Below are positions 60,720-64,000 of a DNA stretch of 64,000 bases, piece by piece; the first letter of the stretch is position 1, and every line of letters begins with the position of its first letter. A program made the translations under genes and the position numbers. The stretch lies in assembly GCA_026936335.1 (NCBI GenBank), contig JAPMXV010000051.1, positions 62,001-126,000 on the forward strand, given 5' to 3'. Source of the stretch: Mantamonas sphyraenae STR306. Its lineage: Eukaryota; Protista; CRuMs. A model generated the notes under the pieces. It did no database searches. It saw only the letters and a list, made by a program, of their open reading frames with translations, and was not told the DNA's origin.

Positions 60720-62861
60720 CTACTTCCCCAGCAGCTGCGTGCATCGAAACTTTGCCGCACGCAGCTTTCCACGGTGTCCGTTCCCACGCTCTCGCCTCGC
60801 CTTGGCATTCCCACCCTCCCGGATCCACTCCAATAGATCATTCACACGCCTGCACACGTCTTCTGAGAGCGATGCATCTGAATATTCCTTGCGGATCCGT
60901 GCAAGGTCTTTCGCAACGTCGCTGATGCTCGCTTGCATGGCAGTGACCTCCGGTTTGGCATGGCTCGGCTTTGGCACACCCATTGCTGAGTACAAGTACC
61001 TTACATGGGCGTACCGGATCGAGTCGCTTCCGTGCAGACTCCTGGTGAGCTCCATCGCCTCCTGAAAGAGCGCCTCCGCCTCTTCGGCATCCCCCAGCTT
61101 CCTCGCCAACATTGCCGCGTTCTGAACCGCATTCTCCTTCTCTGCCGCCCGATACGGCATGCGTGCATCGTGAGACACCGCTCTCTGAAGTGCAAGACCC
61201 TTCTTCGAGACGGAAAGAGCCGTATTCCGCTTCTCCTCATCGCCACTCGCTGCCAAAACCTCCGCCTCCACCTCGTACATATCCGCCAGGAGTCTGTTCT
61301 TCGCTTCCCCCTCTTCCATCCTCTTCAGATTCTCCTTCAGCTTTTCAACGGCACGTTCAGCGCCTGAGGGGTCCTTGTCCTTCTTCAGATGCGCCATCTC
61401 ACTATGGTACACATGCACAGCATCTGAGTTCTTCACATGGTATGCCCCCATCGCCTTCGTTGCGAGCTCGCGCCATGCCTGTCGTTTGGCCTTGTTCTCT
61501 TCATCCATGCCTCGGAGCCTCACGCTGGCTGTGATGTAGCCCAGAACCATGTCATCTACGTTGTGTTTGTCCAATTCCAACCCATTGAGCACATGTCCCA
61601 GATGCAGCGCCACCGCATGCTTGGATTTGCGCGACACAGTCACTTCCCATGCTGCTTTGTTCAGCGTTTGCAGCAGCTCGATACGCGCTGACTTGTCCAT
61701 GGCCATGTTCATCTCCTCCAATGGCTGTAGGTAACTCTCCTGGATATGATACATCCCACGCTCGCGCTTGTGCGGCTGGAGAACAGACTCGCCTTCCAAT
61801 TCCTTCAGCGTCGCATCCTCCTGTCCATCACACTTTGCCTTGCACGCTCCCTGGACTACTTCACTGTGTATCAATGCACCCTCTTCGTGGGAAAGGTGCT
61901 TCAGAACCTGCACCATACATCGACCACACTCGGATTCGTTCACCAGCCGCCTCAACCAACGCGTCCGCTCCGCCCTTCCGCTGTTGCTCGGGATTCCAGC
62001 CAGCAACAATGATGCGGGTGTGTCCAGTGTCTGGTTTGTCGGAAACCGACGTTGGAAGGCGTGAATGTACTCGCGGACCAAGTCCACCTCGTGGTTCAGT
62101 TGCACCCCTACTTGCTCACCCAGGCCACCCTTCACCCCATGACTCGAAAGCATACTTTCCCATTCAACTTGTGTCAGTTTGGGGGACAAGCGCACACTCG
62201 TTGGTGAAAACTCCTTCACGGCCAACTCCGCTGCGGAATCTCGTGTGGAAAGAATCACTGCCCCGTTGTCCAGTCCGATGCGCTCAACAAGTCCCCTAAG
62301 CTTTTCTCGGTCCGCCACAGTGATTCCGTCGAGTACAACCACCCACAACTGCCCGTCTCGCCCATACAGCTCCTGTACGCGCTGCACAACACGCGTCAGC
62401 GTTGAATGCTTGTCCACATAGCCCTCCCTGGTGCCCAGCCTCTCATCCAGGTCCTCCAAACATTCTTGCAACCCATCTCCATGCCCAATTAACCACTTGG
62501 ACTTGTTCTGTGGAGAGCGCATGGTCCTGTCCTTCAGCTCGGCTATGGCGCTTGTTTTCCCGCTTTTCGCCGGCCCGCTCACGACGATGAGTCCCCCTGG
62601 CCGAATGTACACGTTTTCCATCGCTGTTCGTGGAGTGTTGTTGCTGGATGTGACGACCAGGCGTGCCTCCCGCTCCTTTCGAGCTTGGTTGCTGCGATTT
62701 CGTTCTTTGACCCAGGCGTACCCGCTGGATAATCCTGCACACAGTGCAACGCCGTGCACGAGGAGTTGCATTGTATTCGCTACATCCTGTAGCTTTGTGG
62801 AGGGGCCCTGTGCTGTTCTCCTTGGAGAGCCAGCAAACGTGCTGGCTGTTCGACGAAACAT
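60720..62861 (-). CDS. N-terminally anchored STAND-like P-loop NTPase with C-terminal TPR repeats
   Basis: Arg/Ser-rich leader plus hydrophobic helix; Walker A VVSGPAKSGKT; Walker B WVVVLDG; sensor-1-like VILSTRD; kinesin-light-chain-type TPR LGDAEEAEALFQEAMELTRSLHGSDS. Confidence 0.72.
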   Translation of the reverse strand: MFRRTASTFAGSPRRTAQGPSTKLQDVANTMQLLVHGVALCAGLSSGYAWVKERNRSNQARKEREARLVVTSSNNTPRTAMENVYIRPGGLIVVSGPAKSGKTSAIAELKDRTMRSPQNKSKWLIGHGDGLQECLEDLDERLGTREGYVDKHSTLTRVVQRVQELYGRDGQLWVVVLDGITVADREKLRGLVERIGLDNGAVILSTRDSAAELAVKEFSPTSVRLSPKLTQVEWESMLSSHGVKGGLGEQVGVQLNHEVDLVREYIHAFQRRFPTNQTLDTPASLLLAGIPSNSGRAERTRWLRRLVNESECGRCMVQVLKHLSHEEGALIHSEVVQGACKAKCDGQEDATLKELEGESVLQPHKRERGMYHIQESYLQPLEEMNMAMDKSARIELLQTLNKAAWEVTVSRKSKHAVALHLGHVLNGLELDKHNVDDMVLGYITASVRLRGMDEENKAKRQAWRELATKAMGAYHVKNSDAVHVYHSEMAHLKKDKDPSGAERAVEKLKENLKRMEEGEAKNRLLADMYEVEAEVLAASGDEEKRNTALSVSKKGLALQRAVSHDARMPYRAAEKENAVQNAAMLARKLGDAEEAEALFQEAMELTRSLHGSDSIRYAHVRYLYSAMGVPKPSHAKPEVTAMQASISDVAKDLARIRKEYSDASLSEDVCRRVNDLLEWIREGGNAKARRERGNGHRGKLRAAKFRCTQLLGK

Positions 62862-62896
62862 GTTTTGTGTGGCGGCGCTTCGCCTGCATTCATTGT

Positions 62897-64000
62897 TCAG
62901 CGTGAATGCATGCCCACAAGCACTAAAAGGAAAACGAATCCTCCTCCCACAATGCCCAGATTGATGCGGCCATGATCGCTAATGCGGTTGTTGCGGGCTC
63001 GGGATCCATCGTCGTCGCTCCTGCTGCTGTCGGTGTCTGAGTCGGAATCACTGGATTCATCATCTGAGGATTCTGCTCTGTCCCCAGAGTCACCGCCGTT
63101 GCCATCATCGCCACCACCACCTCCACCTCCTCCAGCACCGGCATTCTCGCCACCTTGGGCATCGTCACCTTCACCGTCTCCTCCTCGTTGCGAGCGTATG
63201 TCGCTATTGACATTGTACGTATCACTATCGCTTCCGCTGCCATCGTTGTCCGAGTCTGCATCGCCGGACTCTTCATCTGAGGACACTGGTCTGTCCCCGG
63301 GGTCACCGCCGTCGCTATCATCGTCTCCACCTCCTCCACCTCTTCCAGCACCGGGATTCTCGCCACCTTGGGCATCGTCACCTTCACCGTCTCCTCCTCG
63401 TTGCGAGCGTATGTCGCTATTGACATTGTACGTATCACTATCGCTTCCGCTGCCATCGTTGTCCGAGTCTGCATCGCCGGACTCTTCATCTGAGGACACT
63501 GGTCTGTCCCCGGGGTCACCGCCGTCGCTATCATCGTCTCCACCTCCTCCACCTCTTCCAGCACCGGGATTCTCGCCACCTTGGGCATCGTCACCTTCAC
63601 CGTCTCCTCCTCGTTGCGAGCGAATGTCGCTATTGACATTGTACGTATCACTATCGCTTCCGCTGCCATCGTTGTCCGAGTCTGCATCGCCGGACTCTCC
63701 ATCTGAGGACACTGGTCTGTCCCCGGGGTCACCGCCGTCGCTATCGTCGCTACCACCATCTCCACCTCCACCTCTACCCATTTCAGCAGTATTCCCGACA
63801 CCTTGAGCATTGTCGCCTTCATCAGGTTGCGAGTGAATGTCGCTGTTGGCGGGGGAAGAGGATTGATCCTCCTGACCACCTGTCGAGACCGTACTTACTG
63901 CTTCTTCGACATTGTCACGAGCGAAAGAGCGGACAAGTTCCCCATGCCGCAGCGACCGGTTGTTCTCTCCCTTGGTATCGTGCACCGCAGCAATGGTCTT
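62897..64000 (-). CDS. Gly/Asp/Ser-rich tandem-repeat protein with C-terminal membrane anchor (probably 5'-partial)
   Basis: ORF 62897-63985 has 71-aa repeats and ends in the hydrophobic segment LGIVGGGFVFLLVLVGM. Confidence 0.65.
   Translation of the reverse strand, partial: KTIAAVHDTKGENNRSLRHGELVRSFARDNVEEAVSTVSTGGQEDQSSSPANSDIHSQPDEGDNAQGVGNTAEMGRGGGGDGGSDDSDGGDPGDRPVSSDGESGDADSDNDGSGSDSDTYNVNSDIRSQRGGDGEGDDAQGGENPGAGRGGGGGDDDSDGGDPGDRPVSSDEESGDADSDNDGSGSDSDTYNVNSDIRSQRGGDGEGDDAQGGENPGAGRGGGGGDDDSDGGDPGDRPVSSDEESGDADSDNDGSGSDSDTYNVNSDIRSQRGGDGEGDDAQGGENAGAGGGGGGGGDDGNGGDSGDRAESSDDESSDSDSDTDSSRSDDDGSRARNNRISDHGRINLGIVGGGFVFLLVLVGMHSR
63110..63745. repeat. 213-bp tandem repeat, about 3 near-identical copies plus degenerate flanks
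   Basis: ATTCTCGCCACCTTGGGC recurs at 63143, 63356 and 63569 (period 213). Confidence 0.93.

Noticed and set aside
63110-63745. CRISPR-like array
   Set aside because: Full-length 213-bp units with no unique spacers; an in-frame coding repeat.
1-64000. tRNA or rRNA genes
   Set aside because: None recognised by eye; intergenic spaces are very short. tRNAscan-SE/Infernal would be needed to exclude them.

Overview
A compact, GC-rich eukaryotic (probably heterotrophic protist) window with short GT-AG introns and about 23 genes. Bases 1-40 kb are mostly housekeeping: a giant malectin/LamG/SPRY/UBR/UBA/HECT E3 ligase, a CBS protein, CYRI/FAM49, MED27, PLAT-FYVE, CNNM, cycloartenol synthase, CTU1 and an ATG2-like gene. 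Bases 41.7-64 kb form an accessory, defence-like cluster: five LRR or ankyrin paralogues sharing a C-terminal F-box/PRANC-like tail, a glycosyltransferase, a STAND-like NTPase-TPR protein and secreted or repeat proteins. The main result is a ~6.2-kb insertion (about 48337-54549) that splits one LRR gene. It encodes a spliced ~1856-aa protein ending in an apparently intact Fanzor-type (eukaryotic TnpB) RuvC/zinc-finger module, followed by a ~125-nt structured, omegaRNA-like segment that ends at the junction with host sequence. This looks like an unusually large Fanzor with >1200 aa of unexplained N-terminal sequence, whose predicted guide derives from the host LRR gene. At least seven frameshifts fall in short homopolymer runs and are most likely sequencing errors. 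All domain calls are by-eye motif recognition; no searches were run.
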